A stretch of DNA of 64,000 nt from an uncultured Candidatus Binatia bacterium (GTDB lineage: Bacteria > Desulfobacterota > Binatia > UBA9968 > JAJDTQ01), in the NCBI GenBank assembly GCA_965215605.1, contig OZ244070.1, forward strand, positions 320,001 through 384,000, written 5' to 3'. A program made the translations under genes and the position numbers. Below the pieces are notes generated by a model. That model was given only the letters and a program-made list of their open reading frames with translations, was not told where the DNA came from and ran no database searches. Positions 19,980 to 29,547 of the stretch are shown here, in pieces; position 1 is the first letter of the stretch, and each line of letters starts with the position of its first letter.

Positions 19980-20930
19980 ATGATCCAGGCCAGCGATATC
20001 CACGGCGTGATGGCCATGATGCCCGCGTTTGCCACGGACGACGCCAACTCGCCGCGGGCGAAGAACACGGTCAACGTCCCGGAGCTCGAACGGAGCGTGG
20101 ACCAGGCGGTGCGGGACGGCATCGGCGTCATCACCACCACCGGCACCTTCGGCGAGTGCCACACCCTGCTGTGGGAGGAGTTCACGACTCTGGCGGACGC
20201 CACCGTGGCGACGGTGGACAAACGCATCCCCGTGGTCATCGGCTGCACCAGCCTGCACACGCGGGAGGTGCTGCTGAAAATGGACCATGCCGCCAAGGCT
20301 GGCGCCGACGCCGTGCTCGTGGGCGTGCCCTTCTACTTCAAGTCGAGCGTCGCCAACGCCGTACAATTCTACTTCGATCTGGCGGACGAGCACCCGGAGC
20401 TGGGCATCTTCATCTACCACAACCCGCGCAACCACCACATCCAGATCCCGGTGTCGGCGTTCAAGGAGCTCGTCACCAGCCCCAACATCGTGGGCATGAA
20501 GGACAGCCACCGGACGCCCATGCAATTCATGCAACTGATGGATGTCGTCCGGGGCCGGATCAGCGTCATGACCAACCAGAACCAGATGTATCCCTACATG
20601 ATGATGGGGGCCGCCGGCTGCTGGTCCATCAACGCGTGGATGGGGCCGTCACCGGTGGTCCGTGCCTATCGGGCCGGGCGCGAGGGACGTTGGGACGAGG
20701 TCAAGGAAATCTGCATGGCCATCGCGCGGGTGGGCGGACGTGATCCGAGCCTCACCGATCCCGTGGAGAGCAAGATCTCCATCAACGAGGCGGGCTACTG
20801 CTACGCCGGCCCCGGCAGGCCGCCTTTCCGGGTGACCACGGACGAGACTCGGGCGGAGGCCAGGGCCATCGCGCAAAGGTGGCGCAAGCTGTGCGAGGCC
20901 TACCCGCTGCCGGAGGAGGCCGCGGCCTGA
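19980..20930 (+). CDS. NahE-like hydratase-aldolase (DHDPS family), paralogue of 15697
   Basis: MPAFATDDA, TTGTFGECHTLLWEEF, YHNP, GMKDSHRT and WMGP motifs; clearly alignable with 15697..16656. Confidence 0.82.
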   Translation: MIQASDIHGVMAMMPAFATDDANSPRAKNTVNVPELERSVDQAVRDGIGVITTTGTFGECHTLLWEEFTTLADATVATVDKRIPVVIGCTSLHTREVLLKMDHAAKAGADAVLVGVPFYFKSSVANAVQFYFDLADEHPELGIFIYHNPRNHHIQIPVSAFKELVTSPNIVGMKDSHRTPMQFMQLMDVVRGRISVMTNQNQMYPYMMMGAAGCWSINAWMGPSPVVRAYRAGREGRWDEVKEICMAIARVGGRDPSLTDPVESKISINEAGYCYAGPGRPPFRVTTDETRAEARAIAQRWRKLCEAYPLPEEAAA

Positions 20931-20994
20931 CGCGCGCAACCCATCCTCAACCCCGGACAGACCCGCGGATCGGACCGAAAGAAGGAACACGAAC

Positions 20995-22014
20995 ATGGCA
21001 AAGGTCGAACCCGATCATCAACGGAAGCGGGACGAGCTGCATGAGAAATTCGCCGCCCTCGGGCTGGTGGGCTACTGGCAGCGCCAGCGGGAACACCACA
21101 ACGTGGAGCCACGCCTGTGGCGCTGGGACGACGTCCACCCCGCGCTGATGCAGGCCGCCGACGTGATCAGCCTCGGGCCGGAGGCCTTCCGCCGGAACGT
21201 CGGCCTCGAGACCGAGAGCCGCACCATCATCATGGGCTACCAGATCGTCATGCCGGGAGAGGCCGCGCCGGCGCACCGGCACACCAACACCGCGCTGCGT
21301 TTCGTGGTCCAGGGGGGCGGCGCCTACACCACCTCCAACGGCGAGCCCATGACCATGGAGCCCGGGGACCTGCTGATCCAGCCCAACTGGGTGTGGCACG
21401 ACCACGTGAACGATTCCAGGGAACCCATCATCTGGATCGACGCCCTCGACGTCGGCGTGGTCAACTTCCTGGGCGCTTCCCGATTCCGCGAAGAGTGGTC
21501 GGAGGGCGTCCAGCAGCCGCTGACGCGGAAGTCCGGCGCGTCACGCCGCCTCTACGGCGCCATCCGGGAGCCGAAGGTACGGTTCGAGGGCGCCGGCGTG
21601 CCCTACCACTACAAGTGGAGCGAAACCCTGGAGGCCCTGAACGAGGTGGCGGAAGCGGGCGGCGGTGACCCCTACGACGGCGTGCTGCTCGAATACAAGA
21701 ACCCCGTCACCGGCGGCCACACCTTCCTGACCATGACCTGCCACATCCAGATGCTGTTGCCCGGCCAGGCCACCCTGCCCCACCGCCACACGGGTACCAC
21801 GCACTATCACGTGGTCCAGGGACAAGGCGCCACCATCGTGGACCGTGACGAGCCCATCGAGCTCGAATGGGACGTGAACGACGCTTTCACCCTGCCGCCG
21901 TGGCGCTGGCACCGGTTCCGCAACGCGTCCGAAACGGAGCCCGCGATCCTCTTCTCGGTGACCGACCGGCCGATGTTGGAGATGACCGGGCTCGACCGGG
22001 CAGAACCGGGATAG
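20995..22014 (+). CDS. Bicupin, gentisate 1,2-dioxygenase-like
   Basis: AHRHTNTALRF, PNWVWHDH, YKNPVTGG, PHRHT and PPWRWH motifs. Confidence 0.88.
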   Translation: MAKVEPDHQRKRDELHEKFAALGLVGYWQRQREHHNVEPRLWRWDDVHPALMQAADVISLGPEAFRRNVGLETESRTIIMGYQIVMPGEAAPAHRHTNTALRFVVQGGGAYTTSNGEPMTMEPGDLLIQPNWVWHDHVNDSREPIIWIDALDVGVVNFLGASRFREEWSEGVQQPLTRKSGASRRLYGAIREPKVRFEGAGVPYHYKWSETLEALNEVAEAGGGDPYDGVLLEYKNPVTGGHTFLTMTCHIQMLLPGQATLPHRHTGTTHYHVVQGQGATIVDRDEPIELEWDVNDAFTLPPWRWHRFRNASETEPAILFSVTDRPMLEMTGLDRAEPG

Positions 22015-22158
22015 ACCTCAATCGACGCAACCGACGGCGGACGGCATTTCCGATTCAGAAGGCGATCCGGCTTACGCCCTCAACAGCGGCGAGATGCCGG
22101 TCGTTGCTACGTCGGGCAACTCGATTGTCGTCTTCGTGGACCCATATTCCCGCAAAAA

Positions 22159-23202
22159 TCAACCGCGCGCGGCGCTTCGCTGAAGCTCCGAGGCGGAGGC
22201 CATGATCCCGGCCACCAGCTCGAAGGACCGTAGCCGCTTGGCGTGATCGTGGATGTTCGCCGTGATCATGACCTCGTCGGCGCCGGTCCGCTCGATGAAG
22301 GCGGCGATCTCGCGTTCGACCGTGTCGGGGGCGCCGACGGCTGCGCAGGACTGGGCCTCCGCCAGCATCGCGCGCTCGCGCGGAGTTATCTGATCCTCAA
22401 AGTCGGCGGCCGGCGGCGGCAGCTCGCCCCGCATGCCGCGGCGCCGGTTGACGAAGGACTGCTGGATCGAGGTTCTGAGAAAGCGGGCCTCCTCTTCGGT
22501 ATCGGCGGCGACGACGGTCATGCCCACCATGACATAGGGCTTGTCGAGTTGCGCCGACGGTTCGAAGCGTTGGCGGTAGACGGCGATGGCCTGCATCAGG
22601 GCCGCCGGCGCGAAGTGCGAGGCAAAGGCATAAGGAAGCCCAAGGGCGGCAGCGAGCTGGGCGCCGTAGAGGCTGGAGCCCAGGATCCAGATCGGCACGT
22701 TCAGGCCGGCGCCCGGCACGGCGCGCACGAACTGGTCCGGCGCCGGTTCCTTGAAGTAATGCTGCAGCTCCAGCACGTCCTGCGGGAAGTCATCGATGTT
22801 GCCGTTCAGGGTGCGGCGCAGGGCACGCTCGGTGTGCCGGTCGGTGCCGGGCGCGCGGCCCACGCCCAGTTCGATCCGGCCTGAAAACAGCGCCGCCAGG
22901 GTACCGAACTGTTCGGCGATGACGAGCGGCGCATGGTTGGCCAGCATGACGCCGCCGGCGCCGACCCGGATGGTCGCCGTTGCCTGGGCGACCTGGCCGA
23001 TCACCACCGCCGTCGCCGCACTGGCGATGCCGGCCATGTTGTGATGCTCGGCCAGCCAATAGCGCGTATAGCCCCATGCATCGGCATGGCGCGCGAGGTC
23101 GATGGTATTGAGCAACGCCTGGCGGGCGTCGCCGCCCTCGACGATCGGCGACAGGTCAAGAACGGAGAGCGGTGTGTCTAGCATCGGAACACTATAGGCC
23201 AT
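22159..23202 (-). CDS. LLM-class (luciferase-like) flavin-dependent oxidoreductase
   Basis: [37 protein letters not shown] and YAFASHFAP motifs; start may be 23184. Confidence 0.92.
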   Translation of the reverse strand: MAYSVPMLDTPLSVLDLSPIVEGGDARQALLNTIDLARHADAWGYTRYWLAEHHNMAGIASAATAVVIGQVAQATATIRVGAGGVMLANHAPLVIAEQFGTLAALFSGRIELGVGRAPGTDRHTERALRRTLNGNIDDFPQDVLELQHYFKEPAPDQFVRAVPGAGLNVPIWILGSSLYGAQLAAALGLPYAFASHFAPAALMQAIAVYRQRFEPSAQLDKPYVMVGMTVVAADTEEEARFLRTSIQQSFVNRRRGMRGELPPPAADFEDQITPRERAMLAEAQSCAAVGAPDTVEREIAAFIERTGADEVMITANIHDHAKRLRSFELVAGIMASASELQRSAARG

Positions 23203-23215
23203 CGGCGGCGAGTTT

Positions 23216-23406
23216 TCAGTCCCGGCGCTGGCCCTTTCCGAAAGCCTCTCGGTAGGCCGCCTCGACCCGCTCCACCTCTTCGTCGCTCAGCGCGGCGAAC
23301 TCGTCCTCCCGGCGCGCGCGGGCAGGTCCATGCCGGCGTAGCGTTCCAGCGGCTCGGTGCGAAACACCAGCGGACAGAAGTCCGGAGTTCCCGGCAGGTT
23401 GTTCGC
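23216..23406 (-). pseudogene. Internally deleted Fic-family gene remnant
   Basis: Minus strand gives NNLPGTPDFCPLVFRTEPLERYAGMDLPARA joined out of frame to [24 protein letters not shown]..stop. Both resemble distant segments of long Fic proteins. Confidence 0.6.
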
Positions 23407-23474
23407 AAGCGGTCCGAACGCCCCACCTTACTTTGTTGGGGGTGATGACGGATGCTGTGGCGGAGGAGGGTGCG

Positions 23475-23726
23475 TCAGCCCGACGCCTCCACGATCTCCG
23501 AATCGAGCAGCGTCTTGCAGGAGGGACAGAAGAGTTGCTCCAGGAGGAACTGGCCTTCCAGGTCCTTCATGAGCGGACCGGCCGCGGTGGGGGGCGACAG
23601 CTTCCGGTGGCTGCGCTGCTTCCAGTCGGCCTCTCCCCCGAACACGAAGCCGCACCGGGCGCACAGGACCCGCGGCGGCGCCGCATCCGGGTCCAGCTCG
23701 AGGTTCTCTCTGAACGGTCGCTTCAT
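23475..23726 (-). CDS. Acetone carboxylase gamma-subunit-like Zn-ribbon protein
   Basis: MKRPFRENL...CARCG...WK...FCPSCKTLLDSE; two CxxC pairs; follows hydantoinase B. Confidence 0.72.
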   Translation of the reverse strand: MKRPFRENLELDPDAAPPRVLCARCGFVFGGEADWKQRSHRKLSPPTAAGPLMKDLEGQFLLEQLFCPSCKTLLDSEIVEASG

Positions 23727-23745
23727 CGGACTGTCATCCTCCTCG

Positions 23746-25563
23746 CTAACGCTGCTCCCGGATCCGGGCGCGGAGCGCTTCGGTGGCGGCATCGTCCACC
23801 TGTGTTTCCGAATCGCCGAGGGCGACCCCGTAGATGTCGCGGGCCGACTCGGCCGAGACGATGCCGTTGACCACATCCCGCAGCACTGCCTCGCGGTCCC
23901 GGTCCAGCGGGTCTCCGTACCCTCCGCCGCTGGCCATGCGCATGTACAGGACGCCGCCGTCGCGCAGGTCGAAGTCGCAATACGGCAGCATCTCCGAGGT
24001 GCCTCCCATGGCCTCCACGTCCTCCGGGTGGCGGTTCTCCCGGATCGCATCCCAGATGGCGGTGTCCTCCTTCAGCACCAGCAGGCTGGGGGCGGCGGAG
24101 AGGCCGCCGAAGATCCCCTGCCCGGAGTTTCGCAACCCCGAGACTCCCAGCGCCACGCCCTTGATGCCGCCCTCCGGGGCGTCGTAAACCGTCAGCGCGG
24201 TCTCCGCCCCCGCGCCGCCCCGGAACCGGCCGGCCCCGGCTCCGTCCATCAAGTGGCGGCGGAACAGGTAGAGGATGGGGAAGTTCTGCTCCACCCACTC
24301 GACGTTCTGGCACGAATGCCAGCCGCGGCCGCCGGAGTCCACCCCGTCCTTGCCGGCGCGGGCGCCGTATCCGTCGATGGCCCCTTCGGAAAGGCTCGAC
24401 ACGTAGTACCGGCCGTACTGGTTGACGCCGGCGTGGCGGGCGAAACGATGGCCCGCGTTGGACGCCATCACCTCGTGCCGCCAGCTCTCGCTGGTGGCCA
24501 GCATCTGCATGAGCACCGCGGGGGCCAGGTAACGGCAGGTGGCCGCGCCCGAGGTGGTGTTCAGGGACACCGGGGCGGGGTACTGCGCGTTGACCACTGT
24601 CCCCGGTGGAGCCACGATCTCGATGGGGGCGAAGGCGCCGTGGTTCCGGGGGATATCGAATCCGAGGGTCTCCAGGACCGCGGCGAAGCAGGTCCCGAAG
24701 GTGGCGTGGTACGGCATGTTGATGCCGGTCCTGGCCTGGGGGTCGCTGCCGGTGAAGTCGAAGATCAGGCGATCATCCTGCTTGTTCAGGGTGAGCTGCA
24801 TCTTCCAGGTGTCGTCTCCCTGGATGAGCGCCGTGTCGCTCCAGGAACCGTCGGCGAACTCGCGGATCCGCTCTCGCAGCACCGACTCGGTGTAGCGGAT
24901 GATCTCCGCCGCCACTTGTTCCAGGAGGTCCGGACCGTACTGGCCGGCGATCTCCTGTATCCGAGCCTTGGCGATGTTGTTGGCGGCGATCTCGCACTTG
25001 AGGTCCAGCCCCACCATCACCGGCTGCCGGGTCATGTTCAGGAGGGTGTCGAAGACGTCATGGCGGAGCTTGCCGCGCTCCACCAGCTTGAGGCCCGGCA
25101 CCCGCAACCCCTCGTGACAAATTTCCGTGGCCCCGGGAGAGTTGCCGCCCGGCGACATGGCGCCGATGTCCATGACGTGGACGAAGGTGGCGCTCCAGGC
25201 GATGCGGCGGCCCTCGAAGTGGATCGGCGCGATGACGTAGACGTCGGACTGGTGGATGGCCGCCACGTAGGGATCGTTCAGCAGAAAGACGTCGTCGGGA
25301 TCGATGCCCTCGCCGTCCTCGAACCGCTCGATGATCTTCTTCACGGCGACGCCGGCGCAGGCGACGTGCTGGCCCAGGGACTCGCCCGCCGACAGCACGT
25401 CTCCGTCCGCGGTGTAGAGCGACGCCATGTAGTCGTGCTGCTGGGTGGTGTTCACCGTGCCGCCCACCCGCTCCAGGGTGATGCCCATCTCCCGGGCGAT
25501 CTGGTACAGCCGGTGCGACAGGATCTCGAGGGTGATGGGATCGATGTTGCCGGTTGCGGTCAT
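23746..25563 (-). CDS. Hydantoinase B/oxoprolinase-family subunit
   Basis: Start MTATGNIDPITLEI. FLLNDPY...HQSD, HVMDIG, EGLRVP, DFTGSDPQ, GAGRFRGG and GGGYGDPLDR motifs. Confidence 0.92.
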   Translation of the reverse strand: MTATGNIDPITLEILSHRLYQIAREMGITLERVGGTVNTTQQHDYMASLYTADGDVLSAGESLGQHVACAGVAVKKIIERFEDGEGIDPDDVFLLNDPYVAAIHQSDVYVIAPIHFEGRRIAWSATFVHVMDIGAMSPGGNSPGATEICHEGLRVPGLKLVERGKLRHDVFDTLLNMTRQPVMVGLDLKCEIAANNIAKARIQEIAGQYGPDLLEQVAAEIIRYTESVLRERIREFADGSWSDTALIQGDDTWKMQLTLNKQDDRLIFDFTGSDPQARTGINMPYHATFGTCFAAVLETLGFDIPRNHGAFAPIEIVAPPGTVVNAQYPAPVSLNTTSGAATCRYLAPAVLMQMLATSESWRHEVMASNAGHRFARHAGVNQYGRYYVSSLSEGAIDGYGARAGKDGVDSGGRGWHSCQNVEWVEQNFPILYLFRRHLMDGAGAGRFRGGAGAETALTVYDAPEGGIKGVALGVSGLRNSGQGIFGGLSAAPSLLVLKEDTAIWDAIRENRHPEDVEAMGGTSEMLPYCDFDLRDGGVLYMRMASGGGYGDPLDRDREAVLRDVVNGIVSAESARDIYGVALGDSETQVDDAATEALRARIREQR

Positions 25564-27668
25564 GTTGCCTCCTGGCCGACGTGGATCACGATGTTCCGGA
25601 ACGCGTCCATCTCCGCCCGGTCGTTGGGGTTCACCACGATGGTGGTGACCGGCGTCTCGATGACGGCCGGGCCGGCAATGGTGGCCCCCGGCGCCAGGCG
25701 CCCGAAATCGTAGACGTCGGTGGGCACGAAGTCTCCATACTCCTCGAAGTACGCCTGCCGTGTCCCCTTCAGGGCCTCCCGCGCATCGCCCGGCGCCACG
25801 CCGCTCCTCTGCACGGACGGCCGGGCCAGCTTGCCCACGGCCGTGACCCGCAGGGACAGCATCTCCCTGCCCGCCTCCGGATAGCCGGCCCCCTGCCCGA
25901 ATGACTGTTCGTAGAGATCGTCGAAGCGGGCGTAGAGTCGCTCCAGATCGTCGTCCCCCACCGGCTCCCGCCCCGGCACCGGCACGTTGATCTCGTTGAC
26001 CTGGTAACGGTAGCGCATGTCCACGCTCCGCAGGATCTCGGTGCCGCCGTCCTGAAAACCGGCGCCGGCCAGGTCCGCCGCGGCGCGGGTGCGCAACGTC
26101 TCGAACCCGGCGTTGAGACGGACGGGGTCCAGCGGCGCCACCACGTGGTCCGACATGCCGTACTCGTAGGTCACGTCCGCGGAGATCAACCCGGTGGCCG
26201 CGTGGACGGAAGCCGTCAAGGGAACCACCACCTTGCCCACGCCGAGCTGGAGCGCGCAACGCGCCGCGTGCGCGGGCGCGGACCCGCCCATGGCCACCAT
26301 GGTGAACTCCCGGGGATCGTGCCCGCGCTCCACCGTGCAGCGGCGGATGAGGTCGCTCATGTGGGCGTTGATGATCCGGAAGATCCCGCCCGCGGCCTCC
26401 ACCACGCTCATGCCCAGGGGCCTGGCGATCCGCTCCTCGATGGCGGCCATGGCGCCTTCCTTGTTGAGGGAGAGACGGCCGCCCAGGAAGTAGTCCGGAT
26501 TCAGATACCCCAGGGCCACGTCCGCGTCGCACACCGTGGGCTCGGTGCCGCCGAGCCCGTAGGCCACCGGGCCCGGAGCGGCGCCCGCCCCCTGGGGACC
26601 GACCTTCAGCAGACCCGCCGTGGGGTCGATCCAGGCGATGCTGCCGCCGCCCGCGCCGATGGACGCCACCCAGATCTTGGGCGCCAGGATGCGGTAGCGC
26701 TCGAACACCGGCTGGTAGTCGCGCTCGATGACCCCCTGCCGGACCAAGCTCACCTTGAAGGTGGTACCGCCCATGTCCGCGGCCAGGACATTGGGCTCGC
26801 CGATCAGGTCGCCGATGAATTTGCTGCCCACCACCCCTGCCGCGGGCCCGGATTCCAGGGCTCCGATGGCCCGTTGGGAGGTCGCTTCGATGCTGAGCAT
26901 GCCGCCGTACGCCTGCATCACCAGCGGGTCGCTTCCAAGCCCCCTGTCCGCCAGGCTTTGCCGAAGGTTGCGCAGGTACGAAGCAATCCGGGGGCCGATA
27001 TAGGCGTTGAAGATGGTGGTAGCCGTGCGCTCGTACTCGCCCAGGAACGGCGCCACGTCGCTGGAGCAGCTCACATGGACCCCGGGGTACAGCCGCCGGA
27101 CGACGGCCGCCACGGCCTTCTCGTGGGCGTCGTTGGCGATGGACCACAAGAGGCACACGGCCACCGACTCGACCCCCTTGGCCACCAGCCTGCCCACCAC
27201 ATCCTCAATCTGCCGGTCATCGGCCTCGATCAGCACCGACCCCTTGTAGTCGATGCGTCCCTGCACCTCCTCGGTCAGGCTTCGCGGCGCCAACGGCTCG
27301 GGCTTCTCCAGCGCCGCAATGTGCGAGCCCTCGGCCTCCGTGAGACCGGGGGTCACATCGCCCCGCATCATCAGGAAGGTGTCCGGAAAACCGCGCGTCA
27401 CCACCAGCCCGGTACGCGCCCCGCTCCGGGTGATGAGGGTATTGTCGGCCACCGTGCAGGCGTGGAAGAAAAGGCGGGTGGAGCGCAGCAGGTCGTCCAC
27501 GGACGGAAGACCGAGATTGGCGGCCCCGTCCTGGAGGGAGTCGACGACGCCCCGGGAGAAGTCGTCCGGCGTCGACAGCGCCTTGCCGATGGTCAGCTTG
27601 CCGTTGCTGTCCAGGATGACGCAGTCGGTGAAGGTGCCGCCGATGTCGACACCGATGATGTAGTCCAT
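25560..27668 (-). CDS. Hydantoinase A/oxoprolinase-family ATP-binding subunit
   Basis: GVDIGGTFTD, EYERTATT, SGPAAG, DMGGTT, SIGAGGGSIA and DMRYRYQ motifs. Confidence 0.93.
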   Translation of the reverse strand: MDYIIGVDIGGTFTDCVILDSNGKLTIGKALSTPDDFSRGVVDSLQDGAANLGLPSVDDLLRSTRLFFHACTVADNTLITRSGARTGLVVTRGFPDTFLMMRGDVTPGLTEAEGSHIAALEKPEPLAPRSLTEEVQGRIDYKGSVLIEADDRQIEDVVGRLVAKGVESVAVCLLWSIANDAHEKAVAAVVRRLYPGVHVSCSSDVAPFLGEYERTATTIFNAYIGPRIASYLRNLRQSLADRGLGSDPLVMQAYGGMLSIEATSQRAIGALESGPAAGVVGSKFIGDLIGEPNVLAADMGGTTFKVSLVRQGVIERDYQPVFERYRILAPKIWVASIGAGGGSIAWIDPTAGLLKVGPQGAGAAPGPVAYGLGGTEPTVCDADVALGYLNPDYFLGGRLSLNKEGAMAAIEERIARPLGMSVVEAAGGIFRIINAHMSDLIRRCTVERGHDPREFTMVAMGGSAPAHAARCALQLGVGKVVVPLTASVHAATGLISADVTYEYGMSDHVVAPLDPVRLNAGFETLRTRAAADLAGAGFQDGGTEILRSVDMRYRYQVNEINVPVPGREPVGDDDLERLYARFDDLYEQSFGQGAGYPEAGREMLSLRVTAVGKLARPSVQRSGVAPGDAREALKGTRQAYFEEYGDFVPTDVYDFGRLAPGATIAGPAVIETPVTTIVVNPNDRAEMDAFRNIVIHVGQEAT

Positions 27669-27726
27669 ATGCCAAGTCCCGCCAGCCGAAGGGGCTATGC
27701 GTCCCGGGCAAATGGCCAGCCCTCAA

Positions 27727-27738
27727 AGGGTGTTCACA
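27727..27738 (+). repeat. Left arm of a 12-bp inverted repeat bounding the 27.7-34.1 kb island
   Basis: AGGGTGTTCACA; exact reverse complement TGTGAACACCCT at 34056-34067. Confidence 0.5.
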
Positions 27739-27798
27739 CTTAGCTCTGTGTGTCAAGTAACCGTTTACATCCATTCAGTCACATGGCATATATTGTGT

Positions 27799-28447
27799 AT
27801 GGGTCAAGGACAACCACCACTGCTTGGGCCTATCGCCAACACCGAGGGTATGCGGAAGGCGGAGTACGCTAAGCGGCGAAGAGCCTATAATGAAGAAACC
27901 TTCCCCTACGCGTTGCAAGCAGAAAAGGAACAAGCGGGGTGGACGGTCGCGCGTGAGAACAAAACCTCGGTGCGGATGCGAATTCCCAAGAAAGCGGACG
28001 AGATCCTCGAGAACCGCTTTTGGAATGTATTGTATGGGTTCGGTTACGATGAGTTAAATGCTGGCCGTCAATTCAAGGTTTCGGTTTCGAAAACGGAACC
28101 GTCGCTATCTAAACAGATCGACGTGTTCGGAAAGGACCTTGAGACCGTCGTCGTCGCCGAGTGCAAGACCTCTCTAGAGCGTGGGAAAAAGAGCCTTCAG
28201 TTAGAACTCAGTGAATTTGCCGGTTTGCAGAAGGCGATCGCCGATTCTGTACGCAAGCACTACGGCGGGAAGTTCAACCCGAAGATCATTTGGTTCTTCG
28301 TCACTGACAAAATCCAATGGATTGACAACGACCTGAAGCGTGCACGTGAATTCAACATCCACGTCGTTCAGGCACGTGAACTTTTGTACTTGGAAGAGGT
28401 CTCAAAAAAGCTCGGCGCCGCGGCTCGATACCAATTCCAAGCAGAGT
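27799..28447 (+). pseudogene. N-terminal PD-(D/E)xK-like part of a DGQHR (DndB-like) domain protein, truncated by an IS end
   Basis: ENRFW..LY.FG..ELN.GR.F...KQIDVFGKD.ETVVVAECK...LGAAARYQF resembles the N-terminus of long DGQHR proteins; the frame runs into the IS terminus at 28448. Confidence 0.65.
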
Positions 28448-28557
28448 TGAGGTGGTCCTGGTTTGTAGGACAGGAAGGCGGCGGAGATAAGGTGTATTCC
28501 AGACGTTCGATCATGCCGCCAAGGTGCCGTTTATCACGTCATCGTGTTCCGATGGAA
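28448..28557 (-). mobile_element. 110-bp terminal fragment of a sister IS3 copy
   Basis: Direct copy of 28558-28667 (TGAGGTGGTCCTGG...) with 2 substitutions. Confidence 0.9.
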
Positions 28558-28620
28558 TGAGGTGGTCCTGGTTTGTAGGACAGGAAGGCGGCGGAGATAA
28601 GGTGTATTCCAGACGTTCGA

Positions 28621-29547
28621 TCATGCCGCCAAGGTCCCGTTTATCACGTCTTCGTGTTCCGATGGAACTGACAGAGGGGCGGGCGGGGTGTGAGGTCCGG
28701 CCTGCCTCTTGAGTCCTCGTTCGTAGGCCTCGGCCGGGGTGGAGCCGGCGAGGGCGGAATGAGGCCTTTGGGTGTTGTAGAAGTGGAGCCAGTTGGCGAT
28801 GGTCCTTTGGGCGGCGAAGCCGTCCGAGAGCTCGTGCAGGTAGACGGCCTCGTACTTGAGGGAGCGCCACAGGCGCTCGATGAAGATGTTGTCCATGCAC
28901 CGGCCCCTGCCGTCCATGGAGATGGCGACGCCGGCGTCCTTGAGCACGGAGGTGAACTCCAGGCTGGTGAACTGGCTGCCCTGGTCGGTGTTGAAGATCT
29001 CGGGAGGGCCGTAGCGTTCCAGAGCCTCTGAGAGGGCCTCGACACAGAAGCGGGCATCGAGGGTGTTCGACAGCCTCCAGGAGAGCACCCGGCGGGTGGC
29101 CCAGTCCATCACCGCCACCAGGTACAGGAAGCCCTTCTGGACAGGGATATAGGTGATGTCGGAGGTCCACGCGTGATTGGGCCGTTCGATGGCGACCCCC
29201 TTGAGCCGATAGGGGTAGACCCGGTGCTCGGGATGCGGTCGGGTGGTCCGCGGCGCCTGGTAGATGGCCTGGAGACCCATCAGGCGCATCAGACGCCGCA
29301 CCCGGTGACGACCCACACGGTCGCCCTCCCGCCACAGATGGCGGACCATCTGGCGGCTGCCGTAGAAGGGGTACTCCAGGAACAGCTTGTCGATCCGGCG
29401 CATCAGCGCCAGATTCTCCGCGCTCTCGCCCTTGGGCCTGTGGTACACGGAGGATCGACTCACTCGAAGCAGATGGCATTGACGGCTCAAGCTGAGCTTG
29501 GGATGGCCGGGCTCGATCATCCCCCGGCGCTTCTCCCGGCTCACCAC
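28621..29547 (-). CDS. IS3 OrfB DDE transposase
   Basis: WTSDITY, FNTDQGSQF and DNIFIERLWRSLKYE motifs. Lies in the -1 frame to orfA, with a candidate slippery T-TTT-TTG at about 29562-29568. Confidence 0.92.
   Translation of the reverse strand: MVSREKRRGMIEPGHPKLSLSRQCHLLRVSRSSVYHRPKGESAENLALMRRIDKLFLEYPFYGSRQMVRHLWREGDRVGRHRVRRLMRLMGLQAIYQAPRTTRPHPEHRVYPYRLKGVAIERPNHAWTSDITYIPVQKGFLYLVAVMDWATRRVLSWRLSNTLDARFCVEALSEALERYGPPEIFNTDQGSQFTSLEFTSVLKDAGVAISMDGRGRCMDNIFIERLWRSLKYEAVYLHELSDGFAAQRTIANWLHFYNTQRPHSALAGSTPAEAYERGLKRQAGPHTPPAPLSVPSEHEDVINGTLAA

Noticed and set aside
22015-22158. Possible gene fragment in the spacer
   Set aside because: Both strands give plausible short peptides, but I could not assign either to a family.
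23746-27156. 1136-aa hydantoinase fusion ORF
   Set aside because: The N-terminal 530 aa are an alternate-frame read-through over hydantoinase A; the real B subunit starts at 25563.
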